A stretch of DNA of 64,000 nucleotides from an uncultured delta proteobacterium (lineage in GTDB: Bacteria > Desulfobacterota > Binatia > Binatales > Binataceae), in NCBI GenBank assembly GCA_963765675.1, contig CAVXXK010000001.1, forward strand, positions 2,016,001 to 2,080,000, given 5' to 3'. Every line of letters begins with the position of its first letter. Position 1 is the first letter of the stretch. The notes under the pieces were generated by a model, which was not told where the DNA came from, did no database searches, and saw nothing but the letters and a program-made list of their open reading frames with translations. Below are positions 48,689 to 57,484 of the stretch, piece by piece. The position numbers were made by a program, and so were the translations under genes.

Positions 48689-49627
48689 ATGACAGACGTA
48701 TCGGCAATTCCCCACGGCGGCGGCGCGCGTCCCGGCACGTTCGGAGTCTGGATTCAGGCAATTCGCGCTCCCTCACTCAGCGCCGCGGCGATTCCGGTCC
48801 TGCTCGGCGTTGCGATCGCGGCGCGCGACGGCTTCTTTTCGCCTGGACGGATGCTCCTCGCGCTCGCGGGGGCGATGGCGATTCAGGCGGGCACAAATCT
48901 CATCAATGACTATTACGATTTCCAGAGCGGTGCCGATTCGAGTGAGTCGCTCGGCCCGAGCATGGTTATCCAGCGTGGATTGCTAGCGCCCGACGAGGTC
49001 TGGCGCGGCGGAATCACGGCGTTCGCGATTGGCGCGGCGGCGGGACTCGTCCTGGTCTATCTGTGCGGATGGCCGATTCTCGCGATCGGAATTCCGTCGG
49101 TCGCGGCCGGTTACTTCTACACCGCGCGTCCGGTTTCGCTTGCATATATCGCGCTCGGCGAGCTGACCGTATTTCTCTTCATGGGACCCGCGATCGTGGT
49201 GGGTTCGTTTTACGTAATGGCGCTGCATTTCACGTGGGGCGCGCTCGTCGCATCGATTCCGCTTGGCTTTCTGGTCGCGGGAATTTTGCACGCGAACAAT
49301 ATTCGCGATATCGATAGCGACCGCGTTCACGGCAAACGCACCCTCGCCACGATGCTCGGGCGCGCGGGCGCCAACTACGAGCTCGTCGCGCTCGACGTGC
49401 TGGCGTACGCGACAACGCTGCTCGCGATCATCGGCGGCGCAATCCCGTGGATCGGACTGATCGCGTTGCTGACCGTTCCGCGCGCGATTAGTCAAATCAA
49501 AATCGTGATGCGCGAAACGGCGGCGAAAAAACTCAACCTTGCGCTGATGCGATCGGTCCAGCTCCACATGGAGTATGGACTGCTGATGATCGTCGCGTTC
49601 CTGGCCGCGGCGTTTTTTCATCGCTGA
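48689..49627 (+). CDS. menA: 1,4-dihydroxy-2-naphthoate prenyltransferase (UbiA superfamily)
   Basis: 'W.QA.R..SL','NLINDYYD..SGAD','ANNIRD..SD...GKRTLA'. Confidence 0.85.
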   Translation: MTDVSAIPHGGGARPGTFGVWIQAIRAPSLSAAAIPVLLGVAIAARDGFFSPGRMLLALAGAMAIQAGTNLINDYYDFQSGADSSESLGPSMVIQRGLLAPDEVWRGGITAFAIGAAAGLVLVYLCGWPILAIGIPSVAAGYFYTARPVSLAYIALGELTVFLFMGPAIVVGSFYVMALHFTWGALVASIPLGFLVAGILHANNIRDIDSDRVHGKRTLATMLGRAGANYELVALDVLAYATTLLAIIGGAIPWIGLIALLTVPRAISQIKIVMRETAAKKLNLALMRSVQLHMEYGLLMIVAFLAAAFFHR

Positions 49628-50370
49628 TGGGTTCGATCGGCGAGGGAGGTTCGGGACTGGGGCCGCAGGGAAGCGCCGCGCCCGACGATCTCCGCATCGA
49701 GCTTTTAAAAATCGAGCACAACCTCAACGAGGGCCATTATCGCCCCGGCCCGTGGGAGCGCTACATCCGCGAGCTCAAGCGGCGTCCGGCCGCGGCTCGC
49801 ATCGCGCTCTGCGCTGACGTAAACCGCGTCAGCCGCAAGCTTCATCTGCGCACGCCGCGCAAAACGATTTCCGTGCGCGCCGGCGTTACGATTGAGCTGG
49901 TCGCGCTGGTGCTGGGCGGCGTGCTGCTCTGGATGAGCGTGCGGGAGCTATCGATTGTGCTCGCGCTGATCGGCGCGCTTTTGTGGGTCGCGGCGCTTCA
50001 GCCGCTGGTGAAGATCTCGGCCGCGGCGGTGTTCGGCGTCGGCTACGAGTACGCATACCTGCTCCGCGGCGAGCCGCGCTTCAAAATGCAGTTCGGCGCA
50101 TACGTCGCGAGCCCGCGATGGGCCCGCGTCGTACTGCATCTGTTTGGCACGATTGGGTCTCCGCTCGGAGCATGGGCCGCCTCGCGGATAATCCGCGGCG
50201 TTTTGCCCGGCACCGCGGAAGTCGCGATGGCGGTGTTCTGGATCGTAGTGGCAATCAACCTGCTCGAGTTGATCGCCGGGGTCGCCGGCATAAAACGAAT
50301 CGGGTCGATCCGCACGATCGAGAGCAGCGGCGGCGCCGCGGGCCTGGAGCTCCACGAAGCGCTCGCGTAG
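49627..50370 (+). CDS. Hypothetical membrane protein
   Basis: TGATG coupling to menA; about 4 TM segments. Confidence 0.65.
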   Translation: MGSIGEGGSGLGPQGSAAPDDLRIELLKIEHNLNEGHYRPGPWERYIRELKRRPAAARIALCADVNRVSRKLHLRTPRKTISVRAGVTIELVALVLGGVLLWMSVRELSIVLALIGALLWVAALQPLVKISAAAVFGVGYEYAYLLRGEPRFKMQFGAYVASPRWARVVLHLFGTIGSPLGAWAASRIIRGVLPGTAEVAMAVFWIVVAINLLELIAGVAGIKRIGSIRTIESSGGAAGLELHEALA

Positions 50371-50398
50371 TCTCTGGCACGCTGGATGGTGTCCGAGT

Positions 50399-51943
50399 TT
50401 GGAAGCGAATTCGGTGGGGAGCGGAAATCTTCGGTCTGAAGCGTTGGGACGGACAAACACAAAAAGCTATTTGATTCTCGCAGCGATTACTCTATCCGGC
50501 TTGATGCTGCGCATCTTCAGGCTTGGCCACGAATGCTTTTGGACGGACGAAGGCTTCACGGCGGCCGTGGTCCGGCAGCCGTGGAATCAGCTTGTTCTTA
50601 CTATAAGGTATGAACCATTCAATACCTTCTATTACCTGGTGCAGTGGTTCTGGTCGTATTTTGGGACGAATGAGGTTGCGCTACGATCGCTCTCCGTATG
50701 CGCCGGGGTTTTCGCGATCCCGGCGATCTATGTATTCGGCAAACGGCTTTTCGATCGACATACTGGTCTGATTGCAGCTCTGGTTCTCGCATTTAGCCCA
50801 TACCAAATATGGCACTCACAGGACGCGCGCTCGTATGCTCTGCTAGTTTTTGTCATGACCGGAGTATGGATATCATTTCTGGCCATAACTCGAGTGGACT
50901 CATTCAAAAATTTCGCATCATTCGCAGCACTATCAACACTGTCAGTGTATACCCATGTTTTCGCGATCTTGGTAATCCCGGGCCAGTGGATATACTTGCT
51001 CTTGACTCGCTGTCCGCCGCGGATGCTGCGGCGGTTCGTGGCCGCTGCCGCGATTACAGGTCTATTGGTGTTATTCATTCCGGCCTTTGTTTTGACTGCG
51101 TATGGCGGTCAGCAAGATTGGATTGACGCGCGCTGGCCGCGCCACGTCGTCAGCGCTGCTCGCGGTCTGCTGGGAGGGACTCACGCAGCTTCCGGAAACG
51201 TACTCGCGTGCGCATACGGGTTAGTCGCAATCGTCGCAATTTACTCGATGTATGAGCGCAGGAACGACTGGAGCGCGTGGTCTGGCTATTTGATGGTGAC
51301 GACCGGAATCGCGGTTCCGTTTATTTTGGTCATAGCCATTTGTCTTATCAAGCCAATCCTAGTGGATCGATATATGCTGATCTGCGAACCGCCGACGCTG
51401 ATTCTTCTAGCGCTCGGATTCAATCGAATGCGCGCGTGGAAAGCATTCCCGGTTCTGGTCGGGGCAGTCGTGCTCCTGACGGCATGGGATCTGGGTGGAT
51501 ATTACACATCTGGCCAGCGAGAGGACTGGCGGGGTGTCGCCAAGTACGTCATGGCGCGAGCAAAACCAAACGACGCCATTTTGTTCTCGGTCGGAATGGA
51601 TCGCTATGTCTTTCAATACTACTTCGTACAGCAACCTGATCTCGTCAGACCAGTTATTCCCGATACCAATCGAGATGTTGTCGGCGGCGACCGGTTCGTG
51701 ACAAACCGGTTCGATCAGAACCCAGAGCCGCCGCCCGGTCTGGCAGACGGTAATCGACGGGTATGGCTGATTGAGCGCCCGGCGGATTGGCCGCCACTAC
51801 CGGGCCATTGGCGCCCAGCGAGCGAAAAGTACCTTCAGAGAGTGTATGGCAAGCCGACCTACACTGGGTTCCCCAATATCTCAGTGCTTTTGTTTGAGAA
51901 TCGGGTGCATACTCCCGCGGTAAGCAAGCAGCCGTCTTCCTGA
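50399..51943 (+). CDS. GT-C glycosyltransferase (family 39/ArnT/PMT-like)
   Basis: 'LR..RLG...FWTDE','LRSLS','SQDARSYAL','REDWR'; visibly AT-richer; start uncertain. Confidence 0.8.
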   Translation: MEANSVGSGNLRSEALGRTNTKSYLILAAITLSGLMLRIFRLGHECFWTDEGFTAAVVRQPWNQLVLTIRYEPFNTFYYLVQWFWSYFGTNEVALRSLSVCAGVFAIPAIYVFGKRLFDRHTGLIAALVLAFSPYQIWHSQDARSYALLVFVMTGVWISFLAITRVDSFKNFASFAALSTLSVYTHVFAILVIPGQWIYLLLTRCPPRMLRRFVAAAAITGLLVLFIPAFVLTAYGGQQDWIDARWPRHVVSAARGLLGGTHAASGNVLACAYGLVAIVAIYSMYERRNDWSAWSGYLMVTTGIAVPFILVIAICLIKPILVDRYMLICEPPTLILLALGFNRMRAWKAFPVLVGAVVLLTAWDLGGYYTSGQREDWRGVAKYVMARAKPNDAILFSVGMDRYVFQYYFVQQPDLVRPVIPDTNRDVVGGDRFVTNRFDQNPEPPPGLADGNRRVWLIERPADWPPLPGHWRPASEKYLQRVYGKPTYTGFPNISVLLFENRVHTPAVSKQPSS

Positions 51944-52012
51944 TCTTGCGGTTGCGCTTGCAGTGACGGCATTGGAACCGCCGGGCTTGAGATTGACGAA
52001 GCACTACCTTAG

Positions 52013-52075
52013 CCCTCGCCCTTTCAGGGCGAGGTGAAAGAGATCGACGCGCCGTGGCTCAGGAGGGCTGAGGTG
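52013..52075. repeat. Degenerate second copy of the REP-like element
   Basis: CCCTCGCCC-tttca-GGGCGAGG ... GGGCTGAGG between convergent genes. Confidence 0.5.
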
Positions 52076-52076
52076 A

Positions 52077-52694
52077 TTATTCCATCAGGGCTTTAGCGGA
52101 GGGCCGCGATTTCATGCGCTCGTACCAGGTGACGAGATCGCGATGGCGCGGGTCGATACCTATCTCGAGGCGCTTCTGAAATTCGAGCGCGCATAGCCCG
52201 GCGATATCCGCGACCGAAACGCCGCCGTTGACCAGAAACGCGCGTCCTGCCAGCTCGTTGTCGAGCCATTCGTTGTGCCACTCGATTTGCGCGCGCGCTT
52301 CCCGCGCGGCTTTCTGGTTGCGCTCGGGCTCGGGCAGCCGAAACACATTCATCAGCACGGTGCGCAGCGCGGTGATGAACGATCCATCGATCGTCTCCTC
52401 GATCATCCTGACCCGTGCGCGCTCGACCAGGCTGCGCGGCAGCAGCGCGGGCTCGGGGTAGGCTTCGTTCAGATACTCGACGATCGAGGTTGATTCATAA
52501 ATCGGAATCGAATCGATCAGCAGCGTGGGGACGCGGCCGTGCGGATTAAGGCGCAGGTACTGGGGAGTGCGGTTTTCGCCTTTGGCGAGGTCGAGAGCGA
52601 CCTTCTGGCAGGAGATTTTCTTTTCCGCCATCGCGATCCGCACCTTGCGTGCGAACGGCGACTGGATGGTGTGGTACAGAACCAATCTCGGCAT
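52077..52694 (-). CDS. Glutathione S-transferase family protein
   Basis: 'SPFARKVRI','LNPHGRVPTL','YESTSIVEYL','SVADI'. Confidence 0.92.
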   Translation of the reverse strand: MPRLVLYHTIQSPFARKVRIAMAEKKISCQKVALDLAKGENRTPQYLRLNPHGRVPTLLIDSIPIYESTSIVEYLNEAYPEPALLPRSLVERARVRMIEETIDGSFITALRTVLMNVFRLPEPERNQKAAREARAQIEWHNEWLDNELAGRAFLVNGGVSVADIAGLCALEFQKRLEIGIDPRHRDLVTWYERMKSRPSAKALME

Positions 52695-52830
52695 GATACT
52701 GACTCCCGAGAACGCCTGATGCAGAGACGTGCGGCCTCGCCATCCGCGCGACTGCCTGTTTTCATTTGACGCGCGCTCCACCTGTTAAGTCAATAAAAAA
52801 GTCGCGGCGCAGAAAAAAAACAGAAAAATT

Positions 52831-53622
52831 TCATCTGTGAGCAAGCTCCAGGAAATTCAGTTCGGGTGGGTTCGACACGAACTCGGCGCGCAACCTCTCG
52901 TACGCCGCCAGATCGTCGACGGTGCGCATGTAGCCGTGATGCACGAATCCGAACACGGGCAGGCCGACGCGGACCATCGGGGCCAGCAGTCCGGCCATGA
53001 TGCTCCACGGTGGCGAGGGCGGAATCAGCTTCAGCACGGCAGGCTCGGCGATAATCACTCCGCAGTACATGTACGGCGAAAGGCCCGAGACGGAATCGTC
53101 GATACCCGGGTCCTTGTAATCGTCGTAGGTGCCGCCTGCGACCGACGTTAGCAGGCGCATCCTGCGGATCCTTGAGCTGGCGTCGATCTCGATTTTGCTG
53201 TAATAGCCAAGGTTCTCGGGCCGTGCGAGGGCCAGGGTGGCGAGCGCGCCGCAATCGCGATGAAACGCTATCATCGCGGCCAGATCGAGGTTCAAAATCG
53301 TATCGCTGTTCGCGACTACGAAGGTTCCATCGCCAAGGAATCCCGCCAGTCCGTTGAGCGGGCCGCCGGTCCCGAACAGCGCAGGTTCCGGCGACCATAC
53401 GATGTGGATTCCGAGCCGCGCGCCGGTTCCCAGCTCTGCCTGAATCCCGCCGGCCAGGTGATGGACATTGATCGCGACCTCGGTGATTCCCGCCCGCACG
53501 AGCATCCCGAGCGGATACTCGATAAGCGCACGGCCTCCGACCTGGACCATCGGTTTCGCGACCGTGTCGGTCAGGGGCCGAAGCCGCTCGCCGCGTCCCG
53601 CAGCCAGAACCAGCGCTCTCAT
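52831..53622 (-). CDS. murU: Nucleotidyltransferase, MurU-like
   Basis: 'LAAGRGERLRPLT...AKP','INVHHL','GTGG','NSD'; ATGA overlap with the amgK-like gene. Confidence 0.75.
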   Translation of the reverse strand: MRALVLAAGRGERLRPLTDTVAKPMVQVGGRALIEYPLGMLVRAGITEVAINVHHLAGGIQAELGTGARLGIHIVWSPEPALFGTGGPLNGLAGFLGDGTFVVANSDTILNLDLAAMIAFHRDCGALATLALARPENLGYYSKIEIDASSRIRRMRLLTSVAGGTYDDYKDPGIDDSVSGLSPYMYCGVIIAEPAVLKLIPPSPPWSIMAGLLAPMVRVGLPVFGFVHHGYMRTVDDLAAYERLRAEFVSNPPELNFLELAHR

Positions 53623-54692
53623 GGCCGACCCACCGCGCCAAACGCACCCGCCAGGCGCGGAAAACTCTGCTGCTCGGGTCCGGCAAGGATCCGGCGTGTC
53701 TGCGCGACGAGATGCGGAAGGAACGCGGTGTAACTGGATTTGCCTTCGCGCTCGAACAGGATGAACCGGCCGATCATCTTGAGCGCGTGCTGCAGAACGC
53801 ACAGCCGGTAGCTTCGACGAAATTCGTCGGACGAAAGCTGGGCCGCGCCCCGGCGCACCAAGCCGGTGTAGTAGAAATGAAGCAGCTTGTCCTCCAGCGC
53901 GGGAGCGATGATCGTTCCGGCGTCGCGCGTGGTGAGCAATAGGGCCAGATCCTGCGCCGCCGGCGCCATCAGCGCGTCCTGGAAGTCGATAATGCGCAGA
54001 ACGGGGTGCGCGCCGCGTCTTTGTACGTACAGATTGTGGCTGTGGTAGTCGCGATGCGAAAAGACCCGGGGCAGATTCCCCAACTCGCGCGCGAGCGCGT
54101 CCAGTTCCGGCGCCAGCGCGGCCGGATCGGCGCCGGGCGCGACAAGGGCGCATCCGAGGTCGACGAATTCGGTCATTTCCCAACGAAACAGCCTCTCGTC
54201 GTACGCGATTTGCGCGGCGATGCATCGTGCGTCGATTTGCCGGGTTCCGTCGACATGCAGCACAAACAGATTTTCCACCGCGAGCCGCAACAGATCGGCG
54301 CTGTCGGCCCCGCCCGCGCGCAAGATATCGAACAGTGCGACTTCGCCTACATCTTCGACGAGAATTGCGCGCTGCGTCGCCTCGAACGCATACAGCGCGG
54401 GTACAGGAGCGCCGAGCGCGGTCAGAAATCGATGCAGGTTTATCCACGGAGGCTCGGACACAGGCTCGCGCATCAGGCCGAGCACGCGAACGTAGCGGGG
54501 CAGGTCGTCCGGCCCGAGATCAACCAGGATAGCGCTGGCGGGGTCGGCACCGGGCGCAAAGCGTAGGCGCCAGAAGCGGCGCGCGGAAGCGTCGCCACGC
54601 AGCAAATCGATCTCGGCGGTCTTTGCGCCGGGCCATCTGCGCGAAGCCTCGGTACGCGCCCAGGCTATGCGCTGCGCGTCAACTGTATCCAT
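53619..54692 (-). CDS. amgK: Anomeric MurNAc/GlcNAc kinase, AmgK-like phosphotransferase
   Basis: 'GDASARRFWR','EDVG','HRDYHSHN','IDFQDAL','LK..GRF'. Confidence 0.8.
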   Translation of the reverse strand: MDTVDAQRIAWARTEASRRWPGAKTAEIDLLRGDASARRFWRLRFAPGADPASAILVDLGPDDLPRYVRVLGLMREPVSEPPWINLHRFLTALGAPVPALYAFEATQRAILVEDVGEVALFDILRAGGADSADLLRLAVENLFVLHVDGTRQIDARCIAAQIAYDERLFRWEMTEFVDLGCALVAPGADPAALAPELDALARELGNLPRVFSHRDYHSHNLYVQRRGAHPVLRIIDFQDALMAPAAQDLALLLTTRDAGTIIAPALEDKLLHFYYTGLVRRGAAQLSSDEFRRSYRLCVLQHALKMIGRFILFEREGKSSYTAFLPHLVAQTRRILAGPEQQSFPRLAGAFGAVGRP

Positions 54693-54746
54693 CGATCAGG
54701 ATTCTATCGGCGTGCGTGCGGATATGCAGCACGCGAAGCGCAAGCG

Positions 54747-54781
54747 AAAAAAACCGGCGCAGCCTCTTGGGCTGCGCCGGT
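54747..54781 (-). terminator. Rho-independent terminator
   Basis: ACCGGCGCAGCC/GGCTGCGCCGGT stem plus U-run on the minus strand after the DUF1329 gene. Confidence 0.8.
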
Positions 54782-54811
54782 CATCTACTTGCAACTCAGT
54801 TGCGCGTCGAG

Positions 54812-56110
54812 TTAGCGGCGGGACGCTTTCACGATCGCCATCGGATCGAAGAACGCCCGATCCACCGCGCCCATGTTGATATACCAGCACTCTTTTTCGG
54901 CGGTCGAATAGCCAGGATGGTAGCAGACCGTCGAGAGGCCCGACTGAACATCGGTGGACGACGAACCGCTCTGGAACAGCCGCTTGAACGGGTAGATCGC
55001 GATGCGCGCCTGAGGCGTCACCCGGTCAGCGTATTTCAGCCACGAGGTGTAGTTGATGAAAAGCTGGCCGCGGCGGTCGTACTGGTCCTGATACATCCCG
55101 AAGTCGGCTTCGGAATCGATATACAGAATATGCTTGGAGTAAAGGTCGCCAGGCAGCCGGTCATGGCGAGCAATACCCTGAAGGATATAGAGATGGCGCA
55201 TTTGCCAGTCGGCTGGGCAATGGCTTGCGCCGCCGTCAGTCGCACAGGTACGTGCGGGCATCACCGGGTCGTCGATCGGCGCCAGCATCTCCTTTTCGCC
55301 CAGATACTTCCAATCGTAGTTCTCGTTTTTGCCGGCGAAACACTCGAAATCGTCGGGGCTGTAAGACTCCGGACCCGCATCCTGAGCCGTGCTCATCAGG
55401 CTGTCGTTGAGTCGGCGCAGACGCTGAGCCGATGGAGTATAGGTGTATGCGTCGTCGGCCCTGTTAGGAGCGGCGTAGCGGTAGCGGATGAAGCCGGCAC
55501 CGGCGCCGTCCTGGGGCGAAAGCTGCGGATACAGGCCGGTCATCGAGTATCGCCCCGAGACCGGAAAATCGGGATCAACCGGTAGTGGCTCGACCTCGGT
55601 ACGACCGACTTCGTTGTATCCGGCATAGTGGCCTACCGAGTAGTACCAGAGCACCTTGTAGGGTCTATTGAGTCCGGCGTACACGCTTTCGCAGTCGAAA
55701 AAGCGCAGATCGTAGTCGTCGGTCGAGATCGGGCGGAAGAAGTAGTTCCACATGATCTTGTTCGCAACGTCTGGATCGTTCGGGTCGAGCAGTGGGAATG
55801 GTTGCCCGGCAACGTAGCCGACCAGTGAACGATGATCGCTGCTCAGGCGCACCTGCGGCGAATATTTCTCCGTCGCCTCATTGTACGGCGGCGGCCAATC
55901 GATCCGCTCAGTCGGGACGATTTTCATCGTCATTCCGCTTTGCACGCGCCAGTAAACGCCCGGCGAAACCAGGTCCTTAACCTTGTAAGCATTCTGGACA
56001 CTGATGTAATCGCCCGGCTTGACCTGCGCCGAGGCCGGCGCTGCGGTCACCAACAGCATCGACGCGAAACCGATTACCAAGGAAATAAGTGAACTTCTCG
56101 CACGGTCCAT
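54812..56110 (-). CDS. DUF1329-domain exported protein
   Basis: Signal peptide; 'ATEKYS','YVAGQPFP..DP.DP..A.KIMWN','Y.PS..RLRR','YIDSE','YDRRGQL'. Confidence 0.8.
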   Translation of the reverse strand: MDRARSSLISLVIGFASMLLVTAAPASAQVKPGDYISVQNAYKVKDLVSPGVYWRVQSGMTMKIVPTERIDWPPPYNEATEKYSPQVRLSSDHRSLVGYVAGQPFPLLDPNDPDVANKIMWNYFFRPISTDDYDLRFFDCESVYAGLNRPYKVLWYYSVGHYAGYNEVGRTEVEPLPVDPDFPVSGRYSMTGLYPQLSPQDGAGAGFIRYRYAAPNRADDAYTYTPSAQRLRRLNDSLMSTAQDAGPESYSPDDFECFAGKNENYDWKYLGEKEMLAPIDDPVMPARTCATDGGASHCPADWQMRHLYILQGIARHDRLPGDLYSKHILYIDSEADFGMYQDQYDRRGQLFINYTSWLKYADRVTPQARIAIYPFKRLFQSGSSSTDVQSGLSTVCYHPGYSTAEKECWYINMGAVDRAFFDPMAIVKASRR

Positions 56111-56181
56111 AGTGACCCCCTCTCCAGCACGATGCCGGAGGTTGATGGATGTTCCCCGAAATCCCCGATGTTACGGCTTCC

Positions 56182-56210
56182 TCATTAGTCAGATTACTTT
56201 AAAATGTCAA
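56182..56210 (-). promoter_or_regulatory. Candidate sigma-70 promoter for the DUF1329 gene
   Basis: Perfect TTGACA, AT-rich 17-nt spacer, weak -10 (TAATGA). Confidence 0.35.
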
Positions 56211-56532
56211 CGGAGCTGATCAGACCGCTGGCGCTACAGCCGTCAAAGATCGTAAATACTCAAGAAATAAGGACTTTTCCGATTTTCCGGCGATGCTGCC
56301 GACGCAACGTCGGGGACTCTTAAAGGATAAGCGAGCGACCCGAGCCGCTGAATGATAACTTATGTTAGGTAGAAGCTCATTCCTGAACGATCGGTATGTG
56401 CCGCCGATGGGTTCTCCGGCCAACTTTGCGATCGCCGGTTGGTAAAGCGCATTCTCATCCGGTATTAATTGCGATACTAATTGAAGTTGAGCCGCCTCGC
56501 GCATCCTTCGGGATCGGCGGCAGTAGAAACAG

Positions 56533-56886
56533 ATGACGACTTGGTTTCCGGTTCTCGTAACCTTTATTTTCGCCGCGATCGTCGTGGGCGTGATGGTCTC
56601 GATCAATTCGATCATCGGGCCCAAGCGGCCGAGCGCGATCAAGAGCGAGGCGTTTGAGTGCGGCAACCCGTCGAGCGGCAGCGCATGGGGACGGTTTTCG
56701 GTTCGTTTTTATCTGACCGCCCTGCTGTTCCTGATTTTCGACGTGGACCTGGTCTTCCTCTATCCGTGGGCGGTTGAAATCCGCAAACTCGGGATGTTTG
56801 GGTTCGTCGAGGCGGTGGTTTTCATCGCGATCCTTGCGGTCGGATTGATTTACGCGTGGCAGCGCGGCGCGCTCGATTGGGACTAG
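56533..56886 (+). CDS. nuoA: NADH-quinone oxidoreductase subunit A
   Basis: 'K...FECG','RFSVRFYL.ALLFLIFDVD..FLYPWAV','GALDW'. Confidence 0.95.
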   Translation: MTTWFPVLVTFIFAAIVVGVMVSINSIIGPKRPSAIKSEAFECGNPSSGSAWGRFSVRFYLTALLFLIFDVDLVFLYPWAVEIRKLGMFGFVEAVVFIAILAVGLIYAWQRGALDWD

Positions 56887-56965
56887 ACTTGAGGGTCCGC
56901 GCGATCACGACGAAGGCCGCGTCCAGCGGACCGCGGCGAATGCGTCAGCGCGCGAGAATGAAATC

Positions 56966-57466
56966 ATGCTTATCGAAAAACTAAAGGAACGCTTCGGCGC
57001 CGCGATTTCCGAGGCCGGAACCACGCACGGTCAGGATTTCATCGTCGTCGCGCGCGAAAATGCGCTCGAGGTTCTGCGCGCATTGGCTACCGAAGCGGGC
57101 TTCGAGTTCAACTCGCTATCAGACCTCACGGCGGTGGACTGGCCCGAGCGCAATCCGCGCTTCGAGGTGGTCTACAACCTCAACTCGCTTACGCGGAACC
57201 ATCGCGTGCGCGTCAAGGTGGCGGTTCCCGGCGACGACGCATCGATTCCCAGCGCGGTCGCCATATGGAAGGCGGCGGATTGGCTCGAGCGCGAATGCTA
57301 CGACATGTTTGGAATCGTGTTCAGCGGGCATCCGGATTTGCGCCGCATTCTGCTCTACGACACTTTCGAGGGCCATCCGCTGCGCAAGGACTACCCGTAC
57401 CGCAAGCGCCAGCCGATCGTGCCCGAAGTCGATGCGATCGTGAAACCGATTCCGATGTCGCGATAG
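56966..57466 (+). CDS. nuoC: NADH-quinone oxidoreductase subunit C
   Basis: 'DLTAVD','RFEVVY','WLERECYDMFG','GHPDLRRIL','GHPLRKDYP'. Confidence 0.95.
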   Translation: MLIEKLKERFGAAISEAGTTHGQDFIVVARENALEVLRALATEAGFEFNSLSDLTAVDWPERNPRFEVVYNLNSLTRNHRVRVKVAVPGDDASIPSAVAIWKAADWLERECYDMFGIVFSGHPDLRRILLYDTFEGHPLRKDYPYRKRQPIVPEVDAIVKPIPMSR

Positions 57467-57484
57467 ACCGCCTGAGAAAAGCCG

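Noticed and set aside
17320-48776. Long antisense ORFs (e.g. 17320-18531, 33670-35085, 43693-45204, 47283-48776)
   Set aside because: Shadow ORFs opposite well-supported genes, expected in high-GC DNA; no motifs
10113-50390. Other TGGCACG sites (about 10113, 18849, 50375) as sigma-54 promoters
   Set aside because: No TTGC at the required -12 spacing
56220-56666. 148-aa minus-strand ORF in the nuoA upstream region
   Set aside because: Overlaps nuoA antisense and has no recognisable motifs or host-like codon bias
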